From contig JBFGLM010000089.1 in the NCBI GenBank assembly GCA_041576165.1, positions 1-11,973 of the forward strand: a stretch of 11,973 nucleotides of DNA, given 5' to 3'. Positions 1-7,161 of the stretch are shown here, one piece after another. The stretch comes from Acidimicrobiia bacterium. GTDB lineage: Bacteria; Actinomycetota; Acidimicrobiia; Spongiisociales; Spongiisociaceae. The notes beneath the pieces are model-generated. The model saw only the letters and a list, made by a program, of their open reading frames with translations. It was not told where the DNA came from and searched no databases. The translations under genes and the position numbers were made by a program. How positions within the stretch are numbered: the first letter of the stretch is position 1; each line of letters begins with the position of its first letter.

Positions 1-109
1 CCTTCCTGAGCTCACGCGTCCCTACCGCCCGACGCCACGTCGGATTGCGCTCGGCGTAGGGGCGGAACCACACGCCGACGTTCTGGACCGAGATCGCGGG
101 CGCGCTCAC
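1..109 (-). CDS. wzt: ABC transporter ATP-binding subunit, Wzt/TagH type (5' end only; runs off the window)
   Basis: Not in the ORF track; translated by hand. GTG at 109-107 overlaps the permease stop (GTGA, 106-109). It reads MSAPAISVQNVGVWFRPYAERNPTWRRAVGTRELRK and stays open to the window edge. This resembles the 'AI.V.NV...F..Y' N-terminus of polysaccharide-export ATPases and sits directly behind a Wzm permease. Walker motifs lie outside the window. Confidence 0.8.
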   Translation of the reverse strand, partial: MSAPAISVQNVGVWFRPYAERNPTWRRAVGTRELRK

Positions 110-939
110 AAGTGCCTCACCATGTTGCCCTCGTATCGGACAAAGGCGACCACACCGCCGACGAGGGCGACCAACGCCCATCCGGCTGCGATCCACACAT
201 GCACCAGGTCGAGCGGCCTGTCCATGAGTGCCGTCCGGTAGATGGACAGCATGCTGAACATCGGGTTTGCCTCGATCACGGTGGTGGCCCAGGAGGGCAG
301 GTCCTCCAGGAAGCTGATCGGCCAGATGACTGGTGACAGGTAGAGCCACATCCGGCTGATGTGCGGGATGAGGTTGTTGATGTCGCGGATCGGGACCGCC
401 CAGCGTGCCACGTACGCGGCCAGTCCCATGTTGAAGGCGGTCTGGATCACGATCGCCACCGGCAGCCAGATCAGACTCGTGCTCGGGGCAACACCGTCCA
501 CCGGCCATACGATGAGGTAGTAGACGCCCAAAGAGGCGACGAAACCGATGCCCGTCTCCACCAAACCCGTTATCGGGAAGATGAGGCGGGGAAAGCGAAT
601 GTTCACCAGAAGCTTCTGGTTGGCCAGGATGCTGTTGGCGCCGGACGTGAGCGATGTCGCCGTGAAGTTGAACGCGAACATCCCTGAGATGAGCCAGGCG
701 AGGAATTGTGAGTCGGCGTTCCGACCCCGGAAGATCAGTCCGAACGCCACGAAGTACACCAGTGACATGAGCACCGGGTTCAGGACCCACCAGAACAACC
801 CGAGGGCAGTCGAGGCGTTACGCGCCTTCAGGTTTCCGGTTGCCAGAAACCACGCGAATTCGCGACGAGTCCACAGATCGCGGACGTAGCTGCGCCAGCC
901 CGACAGCCGGGCGCGCTCAGAAACGGTAACGGTCGACAC
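106..939 (-). CDS. wzm: ABC-2 type polysaccharide/teichoic acid export permease (Wzm/TagG family), 277 aa
   Basis: About 6 hydrophobic segments. Family-typical motifs: KARNASTALGLFWWVLNP (R..S.LG..W..LNP), LLVNIRFPRLIFP, IRDINNLI, YLSPVIWP, ANPM. GTG start. Confidence 0.92.
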   Translation of the reverse strand: MSTVTVSERARLSGWRSYVRDLWTRREFAWFLATGNLKARNASTALGLFWWVLNPVLMSLVYFVAFGLIFRGRNADSQFLAWLISGMFAFNFTATSLTSGANSILANQKLLVNIRFPRLIFPITGLVETGIGFVASLGVYYLIVWPVDGVAPSTSLIWLPVAIVIQTAFNMGLAAYVARWAVPIRDINNLIPHISRMWLYLSPVIWPISFLEDLPSWATTVIEANPMFSMLSIYRTALMDRPLDLVHVWIAAGWALVALVGGVVAFVRYEGNMVRHL

Positions 940-948
940 GATTCCCGG

Positions 949-975
949 ATTCTACGGCGCTGGCATGCGAATCAA
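949..975 (-). promoter_or_regulatory. Putative internal sigma-70-type promoter for wzm-wzt
   Basis: The minus strand reads TTGATT (975-970), 15 nt, TAGAAT (954-949), 9 nt, GTG (939). No clear Shine-Dalgarno before wzm. The 15-nt spacer is short, so the -35 call is weak. Confidence 0.4.
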
Positions 976-976
976 C

Positions 977-1002
977 AGCTTGCGCCGGAGTCCGGCACAG
1001 CT
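977..1002 (-). terminator. Putative GC-rich hairpin (weak intrinsic terminator or processing site) right after the GT cluster
   Basis: Minus-strand RNA AGCUGUGCCGG-ACU-CCGGCGCA(A)GCU forms about 11 bp with one G.U pair and one bulge. It begins at the 358-aa GT4 stop codon and is followed by GUUGAUUC, an imperfect U tail. Confidence 0.35.
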
Positions 1003-2078
1003 CACTCGGTCAGCCACAGGCGCGAGACCGCCGCCGCCAGGGCGGAGTGATCGGCCGGACCGGCCGGGGTGACGGTGGCCGCCCGGCTCATCACCGATGT
1101 GATCGCCTCGGCCAGAGCGGGCGGGTCGCCGGGCTGGTAGAACGCTGCTCCGGCATCCTGGGCCATGGCGCGCACATGCGGGAGATCGGGCAGTACCGCC
1201 GGGCGCCCGACGGCCTTGGCCAGCTCGAGCACTCCGGAGTTGAGGACCTGGCGGTAGGGCAGTGCCACCACCCGGGCTGCCGCCATTGCCGCCTCCAACT
1301 GGTCGTCTGTCTGAAAGCTGAGGCGCGCATGCACTCGGGGATGAAGTGCGGCGGTGGTTGCCTGCTGTTGCGAATTTGCATCCGTCCCCGGTTCTCCCGC
1401 CACAATCAGCCCGATCCGCGGGTCGAGCAGGTCGAGCGCCTCCAGCAACAGGTCGAGGCCCTTGTAGGGACGGATCTGTCCAATGTGGGCCACCCACTGC
1501 ACGCCGGGATCTAGCTCCAGGAATCGGGCCGCCTCCTCTCTCCCGATTCCGGTAACCGGCGGGACCGGGTGCGGCGACACGATGGTCTTCGATGGGTCGA
1601 GCGCGTACCACGGCGCAACGACCTCCGGCGTGGCCGGATTCATGATATGGATGACCGCAGCCCGCTCCACCAGCGTCCTTCGCAAACGGGACTCGAGCTC
1701 CACTTCGCGGCACTCGTGTGGAAGGGCGTTGTGCACGGTCCATATCAGGTTCCGGTCCCCCAGCGCGTCGATCACGTCGAGGGCCGCGACCAGCGAGCGC
1801 TCGGCTGGCGAACCCTCCGAGCGGCCCAGGGCCCAGCTGGTCCAGTGGAGGTGGAACACGACATCCACCCCGCCACCGGACGCCGCCTCGACGACCGACG
1901 GCAGGTCTGGCGGATCTACCGGAATGGCAATCACTTGCTCGGGCAGCGTGGCGGCCCCGAGCAGCTGTGGGAAGCGAGAGCGGGGCGCCGGCGGCAGCCA
2001 TACCACGACGCGGGGACGGTGCGCCCCGGCCGACAACGACCGGCGAGCCGCTTGGGCCAGCAGTGCGGCTCCAGTCAC
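1002..2078 (-). CDS. Glycosyltransferase, GT-B fold (GT4-like), 358 aa
   Basis: Motifs VFHLHWT, IWTVHNALPHE, HIGQIRPYKGLDLL, GLIVAGEP, ALPYRQVLNSGVLELA..GRPAV. The HLHW/WTVHN..PHE/IRPYKG/LPY...LNSG set is typical of a GT4-like (GumI-like) subgroup. The GTG start overlaps the upstream stop (GTGA 2075-2078). Confidence 0.88.
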   Translation of the reverse strand: MTGAALLAQAARRSLSAGAHRPRVVVWLPPAPRSRFPQLLGAATLPEQVIAIPVDPPDLPSVVEAASGGGVDVVFHLHWTSWALGRSEGSPAERSLVAALDVIDALGDRNLIWTVHNALPHECREVELESRLRRTLVERAAVIHIMNPATPEVVAPWYALDPSKTIVSPHPVPPVTGIGREEAARFLELDPGVQWVAHIGQIRPYKGLDLLLEALDLLDPRIGLIVAGEPGTDANSQQQATTAALHPRVHARLSFQTDDQLEAAMAAARVVALPYRQVLNSGVLELAKAVGRPAVLPDLPHVRAMAQDAGAAFYQPGDPPALAEAITSVMSRAATVTPAGPADHSALAAAVSRLWLTE

Positions 2079-3958
2079 GTCGCGGCTCGGCGAGCGTACT
2101 CATAGGCCGCGGCGAGGCGCGGTCCGTTCGCCTCCCATTGTCGTTCTGATTCGATCCAGGCGGCGGCCCGGCGGGCCCGGGCCGCCGCATCCTCGGGCCG
2201 GCCCATGGCGTATTCGACGGTGTCTGCCAGTGCTAGGGGGTCACCGGCTGCGAATACGAAGCCCCGTCGCGGTGGATCGACGATCTCGGCGAGCGCCGGG
2301 AGGTCGGCGCAGATGACCGGCACGCCAAGCGCCATGGCTTCGAACGGCTTGAGCGGCGTGATCAGGCGTGATGCTCGTTCCTCGATGCGCGGTACGACAA
2401 AGAAGTCCAAGCTGGTGTACCACTTTGCGACCTCGTCGTGGGGTACCGCCCCGGTGAGTGTCACATGGTCCTCCAGGCCCAGCTCCTCCATCCGGGCTTC
2501 GATCTCCGGACGGCGCGGTCCTTCTCCAACAACCAAACCGCGGATGTCCCGGCCTCGCCGCCGCAACTCGGCTATCGCCTCGAGCAGCACCAAGAATCCC
2601 TCACGTGTGCCCAGATTGCTGATGTACCCGATGACAGCACGCTCAGCGGATGCCGAACCGGCGTGCCGGTCTCTGCCGGAGAACGTCTTGAGATCGACTC
2701 CGTTGGGGAGGAGGAAGACCTTGGCCGGGTCGATACCTCGCGCCAGCACGTCCGCCCGCAGAGACTCAGAGATGACCAGGACGGCGTCCGCCTCCTCCAT
2801 GCATCGCCGCTCTTGAGCCATCCGCCTTGCGAAGGTCTCTCCCCGTTCTGAGATGGCGATATCGGATGTCCATGTCTGTTCGAGCGAGCTCCGGACCTCG
2901 TAAACGAGCCGCAGTCCGAATCGGCGGGCGACGGACAGGCCGACCAGCGCCGTCTCGTAGCCACGATGACCCGAGCCGGCGTGGATGAACTCCGGTCGTT
3001 CTTCGGCAACGACTTGCTCCAGCAGCCACGTCCAGTTCTCGAGCTGCTCGGTAAGCGGGACATGCGCGGGAAGGTACCCGCGGCCGAGATCGAGGCGGTG
3101 ATGCCGGATGCCATCGATCGTTTCAACCGACTCGAAGTCCGTGACTCCCAGCTCGCGAGGGAATCCGAGCGGCGTGACCACCACAGGCTCGAAACCGGCG
3201 GCGGCCGACGCGAGCAGATTGCTGTGAGTGCGAACCGTGTATCCACGTTCGAGGTAGGGGCGGGACTCCTTGATGACGTGTAGCACGCGATCAGATACCG
3301 GTTCGATCCGTCGCGTCACCCGCGAGCCCACCGGAGCCCAGCGGGTATCCGTTTCCCCGATCTGGGCAAGAATGTGCGTGTCCCGGCGGGCGAGTTCTTC
3401 CGTGTCCCACACGTCCCGGAGCAACCGCAAGTACATGTGGGCTGCGCTCAGCTCGCCGGTCCGCTCCAGCAGCTGCGAGCGGATCTCCAATGCGCTCAGC
3501 AAGTCCGGTTGCTCCTCCAGGATCGCCCTGGTGAGCTCGTCGCACTCCGGATAGCGCCGGTTGGCCAACGCGACCCGGGCCCCATGCAAGCGGGCTCCGA
3601 CCAACCTGTTTCTGCGGGCCTCGATGGTGTGTTCCAGCTCGACCAGCTCGGAGTCGTCGGGCGGGTCCTCCCGCGTCGTGACAGCACGTGCGACCCGGGC
3701 CGGGGCGCTCAGGATGGCCCGGGCGTTGTCACCGGAGTCCAGCAGCGCCTCACCCAGCCGCCACCAGCGACGGTGTCGCATCTTCCGGAGGTTCAGTTCG
3801 GAGCGACGCGCAGCTCGTGTCATTTCGAGCTGGTGCAACTCTGCCTGTTCCACGGCAATGCGCTGCTGTTGGGCCCAGTAGTGGGCGACCCGGTTCTGTG
3901 CCTGCCGCGGAAGGGCGCGACGGGCTCGTTCGAGGATCTCGGCGTCAGTCAGCGTCAT
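2075..3958 (-). CDS. GT4 glycosyltransferase (WbuB-like) with an N-terminal coiled-coil/TPR-like extension, 627 aa
   Basis: The C-terminal ~400 aa carry VLHVIKESRPYLERGYTVRT, LVYEVRSSLE, LPNGVD, IGYISNLGTREG, VVGEGP, LTGAVPHDEV and ITPLKPFEAMALGVPVI. The N-terminal ~200 aa are helical and Q/E/R-rich with a TPR-like pair (ARVALANRRYPECDELTRAILEEQPDLLSALEIRSQLLERTGELSAA). ATG 3958-3956 overlaps the upstream gene by 14 nt. Confidence 0.92.
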   Translation of the reverse strand: MTLTDAEILERARRALPRQAQNRVAHYWAQQQRIAVEQAELHQLEMTRAARRSELNLRKMRHRRWWRLGEALLDSGDNARAILSAPARVARAVTTREDPPDDSELVELEHTIEARRNRLVGARLHGARVALANRRYPECDELTRAILEEQPDLLSALEIRSQLLERTGELSAAHMYLRLLRDVWDTEELARRDTHILAQIGETDTRWAPVGSRVTRRIEPVSDRVLHVIKESRPYLERGYTVRTHSNLLASAAAGFEPVVVTPLGFPRELGVTDFESVETIDGIRHHRLDLGRGYLPAHVPLTEQLENWTWLLEQVVAEERPEFIHAGSGHRGYETALVGLSVARRFGLRLVYEVRSSLEQTWTSDIAISERGETFARRMAQERRCMEEADAVLVISESLRADVLARGIDPAKVFLLPNGVDLKTFSGRDRHAGSASAERAVIGYISNLGTREGFLVLLEAIAELRRRGRDIRGLVVGEGPRRPEIEARMEELGLEDHVTLTGAVPHDEVAKWYTSLDFFVVPRIEERASRLITPLKPFEAMALGVPVICADLPALAEIVDPPRRGFVFAAGDPLALADTVEYAMGRPEDAAARARRAAAWIESERQWEANGPRLAAAYEYARRAAT

Positions 3959-6900
3959 CGCCTGATCCTGTGTGGTCCGGCTCCGACAGCGACGGCCCTC
4001 CGCCTACGATCCCGGCGCCGTCCCGCAGCGCAGTTCGCAGCGCGGTGTCGAGCTGTGCAGCCCGAACTGCAAACGTGTGGTTGCTGCGCACGAGGGCGCC
4101 GCCTTTCTCGGCCATCGTGCGCCGTGCCGTCAGGTCGGCCGAGTAGCGCACGAAGGCGTCGACCAGGTCCCGCTGACTGTCGACGACGACCACCGAGCCC
4201 TCGAGAAGGTCGTCGATGCCGACCGCTCGGTCGCTGATCACAAATGCTCCGGCCGCCAAAGCGTCGAACACTCGATTGGACACGAAGCCGTGGCTGCGCA
4301 TGTCGGGCCAGTGGTCGCTGAGGACGATGTCCACCGAGCGGTACAGCTCGGGCAGCCGCTCGTTGGGGAAGTAGTCACCACGGATGTGGTGCTCGGGGAT
4401 CAGGCCGTCCCAGCCCGACCCATAGACGACGATCGGCAGGCCGGCGTCCACCGCCCAGCGCACCATCTCTCGTTCCTCGCCCCGGGAATTCCCCACGAAT
4501 ATCAGTCGGGCGGCCAGCTCCGGGTCCGGGTCCCCCGGCAGATAGCGCTCGGGATTGGTCGCCTGGAGCAGGGTGTGCACCGGCCGCTCGCTGATCTCCC
4601 GCAGTGCGGTAGCGTGAGTATCGGACGCCACAAAGACGAGGTCGTATTTCTTGACCTCGGCGAGTTCGACGTCGGCCGGGTGGCTGATGAGCCACAGCAC
4701 GTTCAAGTTGCCCGGTTTGACTGCGTACGGGGTTCGGCCCCGGAGGTGAACGACAACGTCAGAGGCCTGCTCCCGGGGGCCGTCCCAGTCCGAAACCACG
4801 CTCAGGCGGGTTCGCCACCCCAGGGCGCGCAGCTCCCGCCCGACATCCCGGGCAAAATGGGTGTCCCCCCACTTGCTCGCGTTCTCCCATGTCACAGGAC
4901 CGATCCGGATACCCACCTCCGGTCGGGCGACCGCGTCCTCGATGGCGCTGGTGAACTGGACCGCCCGCTGCCGATAGGTGTGCCGGGCCAGCACCAGCGA
5001 CCGGAGCTTGTGCACGAGAGCTGTGCGGGCCGAGTCATCGGACAGGTACGTGTCGAGCTGGCGGCGCAGCCCTTCCCGATTGGTATACGTTGGTAGCAAC
5101 CCATCGAACCACTCGTCCGACCCCGTCGGATTGTCCGAGATGACGAGGCATCCGGCGGCGAGCGCGTCGAACACACGCGAGTTGAGCGCGGGCACGTTCG
5201 GTTCGACGGTGTCGTCGACCACCAGCTTGGCCGAGGAGTACAACGCCGGCAGCCGCTCGTATCCGAGGTGACCCCGCCAGTAACGCTGGCCGCGGGGGCG
5301 CCGGTCCCAGCCTTTGCCATAGATGGTGAACGTTTCATCGGGGCGCACATCCAGGTACCGCTCGAGCCGGCGGCCCGTGCCCCAGAAGCTCCCGGTGAAC
5401 GTGTAGTCACAGCGCAGTGCGATGTCGGGTGCCACCGGCCGGAAGCGGTCCGGGTTGGTGGCGAGCGGGATCACCTCGACGCGATGATCGGTGGCCGACT
5501 CGATTTCGCCGGCGAACACGGCCGATGATGCGACGACCAGATCCACGTCTCGGAACGAGGGGTTGTCGAGCCACCGCTCCACCCAGTTCCGCACCCACGC
5601 CACGGTGAACGTCCCGGCCGGGAGCCGCCGGATGTCCATGTGCGGGAGCAGCATCAGCACAACGTCGGCGCCGCTGGGCGTGTACCAATCGTCGTTCTTC
5701 CGCTGGAGGTAGCTGACCGTCCAGCCTTCCCGCTGCAAGGCATCTCCGAGCTCGTGAGCGGTGTACCAGTCGCCAAAGCCGGCGGAACGGTCGTTGTCCG
5801 AGACCGTGATGGCGATGTGGCGCCCCGCCGATGTCGACCAGAAGCCCGTCCCTGAGATCCGATCTTTGAGGTACAGGCGCCGCAGCTGGGGCGCCCACTG
5901 CTCCAGGAAGACCCTGGAGTTGTTGCGGTAGTTGATGGCGCGGGTTGGGGCGCCGAGCGTGTCTTGTGTGCCGAACTCGTAATGGAAGAGCGCGGCCTCA
6001 CCGGTAACGCTCACCCTGCCCCCATCGTGGCGCAGCTTCATGCACAGATCGACGTCCTCCCAGCCGTAGACGTAACGATCCGAAAAGCCACCGACTGCGT
6101 CGAAGCTCGACTTGCGGACCAGCAGGCAGGCAGCGGTCGCCGCGGGGACCTCGACGTGCTCCGTCAGAACGGGGTCAGATGGATCCTCGCCGGTACCGAG
6201 ATTGACCGGCCGAGGGCCATCGTCCTTCCAGATGAACGAAACACCCCGATGCTGGACGGTCAGCGGCTGTTGACCGGAAGCACCGGTCGTTCGGCCCTCT
6301 GGATAGATCAGCACGGCGCCGGTTGCTGCCAGCCCAGGGTCTGCGGTGAGCGACTCCACCATGGCGCTCAGCCAGCCACGATTGACCGGCTCGATGTCGT
6401 TGTTCAAGAACAGGAGGAACTCACCGTGAGCGGCGGCCGCACCCTGGTTGCAGGCCACGGAGAACGTCTCGTTGCCGGGATTTGACACGACGTGCAGACC
6501 AAGGTTGTGATAGCTGCGCAGGAGGGCGGCCGTGTCGTCCGACGAACCATTGTCCACCACCACCATCTCGAAGCGTGGATACGACGTAGCCGACCGCAGG
6601 CTCTTCAGCAGGCGGCGTAGATGATCGGCACCGTTGTGGGTCGGGGTGATGATCGACACGAGCGGACCGTCGGCGGGCGAGCGGTCGGTCCGGAGCCGCC
6701 GGATCCGGTAGGCGACCTCGGCCTGGGAGCGGTAGGCCGGGCGGAGCTTGACGGTCCCGCCCAGGCGGCCCCGGGTCCAGCGCCGGACCCGGTCCAAGAG
6801 GCCGGCCACCTGCAGGGCCACGCGGACCGCCTTGCGGTTCTGGAGCCGGCTGAGGTTCGCCGCGACCGCGTCCCGGGAGGCTGTGACCCGAGCCAGTTGC

Positions 6901-7100
6901 TGTTCCAAGTCGGCAACGGTCGCCTCGCTGCCCCGCAGTTCGGATACCCGCGCCGCCAGCGTGGCCAGCCGCTCGTTGATGTCCTGTAGCGGGGCCCGAT
7001 CAGTGCGGGAGCTGCCTTCCTCGCTGACCAGCGCCGCCAGCCGGTCGACACGATCGGACAGGGCCGCGATGAGGTCGTTCAGCTCCTGAGGTTCGGACAT
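3945..7100 (-). CDS. Multidomain glycosyltransferase: coiled coil + GT2 + two tandem GT-B (CgeB/Glyco_trans_1_2-like) modules, 1051 aa
   Basis: GT2 motifs: PLVSIITPTHN, VVVDNGSSD, FSVACNQGA, FLNNDIE, ATAACLLVRK, GGFSDRYVYGWEDVDLC. Two homologous C-terminal modules each carry GD..[TF]A, ATNP.R, YG.GWD, LP.LY.S, RVFDALAAG..VISD and HT[YF]..RA. GGAG lies 6 nt before the ATG. Confidence 0.93.
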   Translation of the reverse strand: MSEPQELNDLIAALSDRVDRLAALVSEEGSSRTDRAPLQDINERLATLAARVSELRGSEATVADLEQQLARVTASRDAVAANLSRLQNRKAVRVALQVAGLLDRVRRWTRGRLGGTVKLRPAYRSQAEVAYRIRRLRTDRSPADGPLVSIITPTHNGADHLRRLLKSLRSATSYPRFEMVVVDNGSSDDTAALLRSYHNLGLHVVSNPGNETFSVACNQGAAAAHGEFLLFLNNDIEPVNRGWLSAMVESLTADPGLAATGAVLIYPEGRTTGASGQQPLTVQHRGVSFIWKDDGPRPVNLGTGEDPSDPVLTEHVEVPAATAACLLVRKSSFDAVGGFSDRYVYGWEDVDLCMKLRHDGGRVSVTGEAALFHYEFGTQDTLGAPTRAINYRNNSRVFLEQWAPQLRRLYLKDRISGTGFWSTSAGRHIAITVSDNDRSAGFGDWYTAHELGDALQREGWTVSYLQRKNDDWYTPSGADVVLMLLPHMDIRRLPAGTFTVAWVRNWVERWLDNPSFRDVDLVVASSAVFAGEIESATDHRVEVIPLATNPDRFRPVAPDIALRCDYTFTGSFWGTGRRLERYLDVRPDETFTIYGKGWDRRPRGQRYWRGHLGYERLPALYSSAKLVVDDTVEPNVPALNSRVFDALAAGCLVISDNPTGSDEWFDGLLPTYTNREGLRRQLDTYLSDDSARTALVHKLRSLVLARHTYRQRAVQFTSAIEDAVARPEVGIRIGPVTWENASKWGDTHFARDVGRELRALGWRTRLSVVSDWDGPREQASDVVVHLRGRTPYAVKPGNLNVLWLISHPADVELAEVKKYDLVFVASDTHATALREISERPVHTLLQATNPERYLPGDPDPELAARLIFVGNSRGEEREMVRWAVDAGLPIVVYGSGWDGLIPEHHIRGDYFPNERLPELYRSVDIVLSDHWPDMRSHGFVSNRVFDALAAGAFVISDRAVGIDDLLEGSVVVVDSQRDLVDAFVRYSADLTARRTMAEKGGALVRSNHTFAVRAAQLDTALRTALRDGAGIVGGGPSLSEPDHTGSGDDAD

Positions 7101-7106
7101 GTGGTG

Positions 7107-7129
7107 CTCCGGCGTTTCGTCAGATGGTA
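7107..7129 (-). promoter_or_regulatory. Putative -10 (TACCAT) and RBS (GGAG) of the leftward GT/ABC operon
   Basis: The minus strand reads GG-TACCAT (7129-7124) ... GGAG (7110-7107) CACCAC ATG (7100). This fits the GNTANNNT pattern. Confidence 0.5.
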
Positions 7130-7147
7130 CCGAGGTGGACCCGTCGC

Positions 7148-7161
7148 GCTACCTTTGCGCC
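7148..7161 (+). promoter_or_regulatory. Putative -10 (GC-TACCTT) for leaderless transcription of rmlC
   Basis: TACCTT at 7150-7155 lies exactly 6 nt before ATG 7162, with no SD in between. This is the geometry of leaderless mRNAs. Confidence 0.5.

Noticed and set aside
106-939. Calling the locus wall teichoic acid (tagGH + mnaA)
   Set aside because: No TagA/B/D/F or CDP-polyol enzymes are in the window. The GT content and rml genes fit a sugar polymer better, though the flanks could change this.
952-2190. 412-aa minus-strand ORF overlapping the 358-aa GT4 in another frame
   Set aside because: It is R/P/G/A-rich with no motifs, a typical off-frame ORF in high-GC DNA. The 1002-2078 frame has GT motifs and a GTGA-coupled start.
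2075-3958. Resemblance of the GT4 motifs (GYT.RT, YEVR, TPLKP.EAMA) to PEP-CTERM/exosortase-associated glycosyltransferases
   Set aside because: No exosortase or PEP-CTERM gene is in the window and this GT4 subgroup occurs in many glycan loci, so the association cannot be claimed.
3972-5096. 374-aa plus-strand ORF and other long antisense ORFs (1483-2316, 3374-4237, 7948-8799, 10644-11768)
   Set aside because: These are antisense shadows of well-supported genes. High GC3 suppresses stops on the opposite strand, and no family motifs are visible.
4040-5820. Possible recent DNA-level tandem duplication or repeat array in the giant GT
   Set aside because: The similarity is at the protein-motif level with diverged codons, and no long exact nucleotide repeat was seen. 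It is reported as a domain duplication, not a repeat feature.
7099-7161. 21-codon N-terminal extension of rmlC given by the ORF track
   Set aside because: It would overlap the divergent GT start and leave no promoter space. RmlC similarity starts at 7162, where a -10 box is properly placed.
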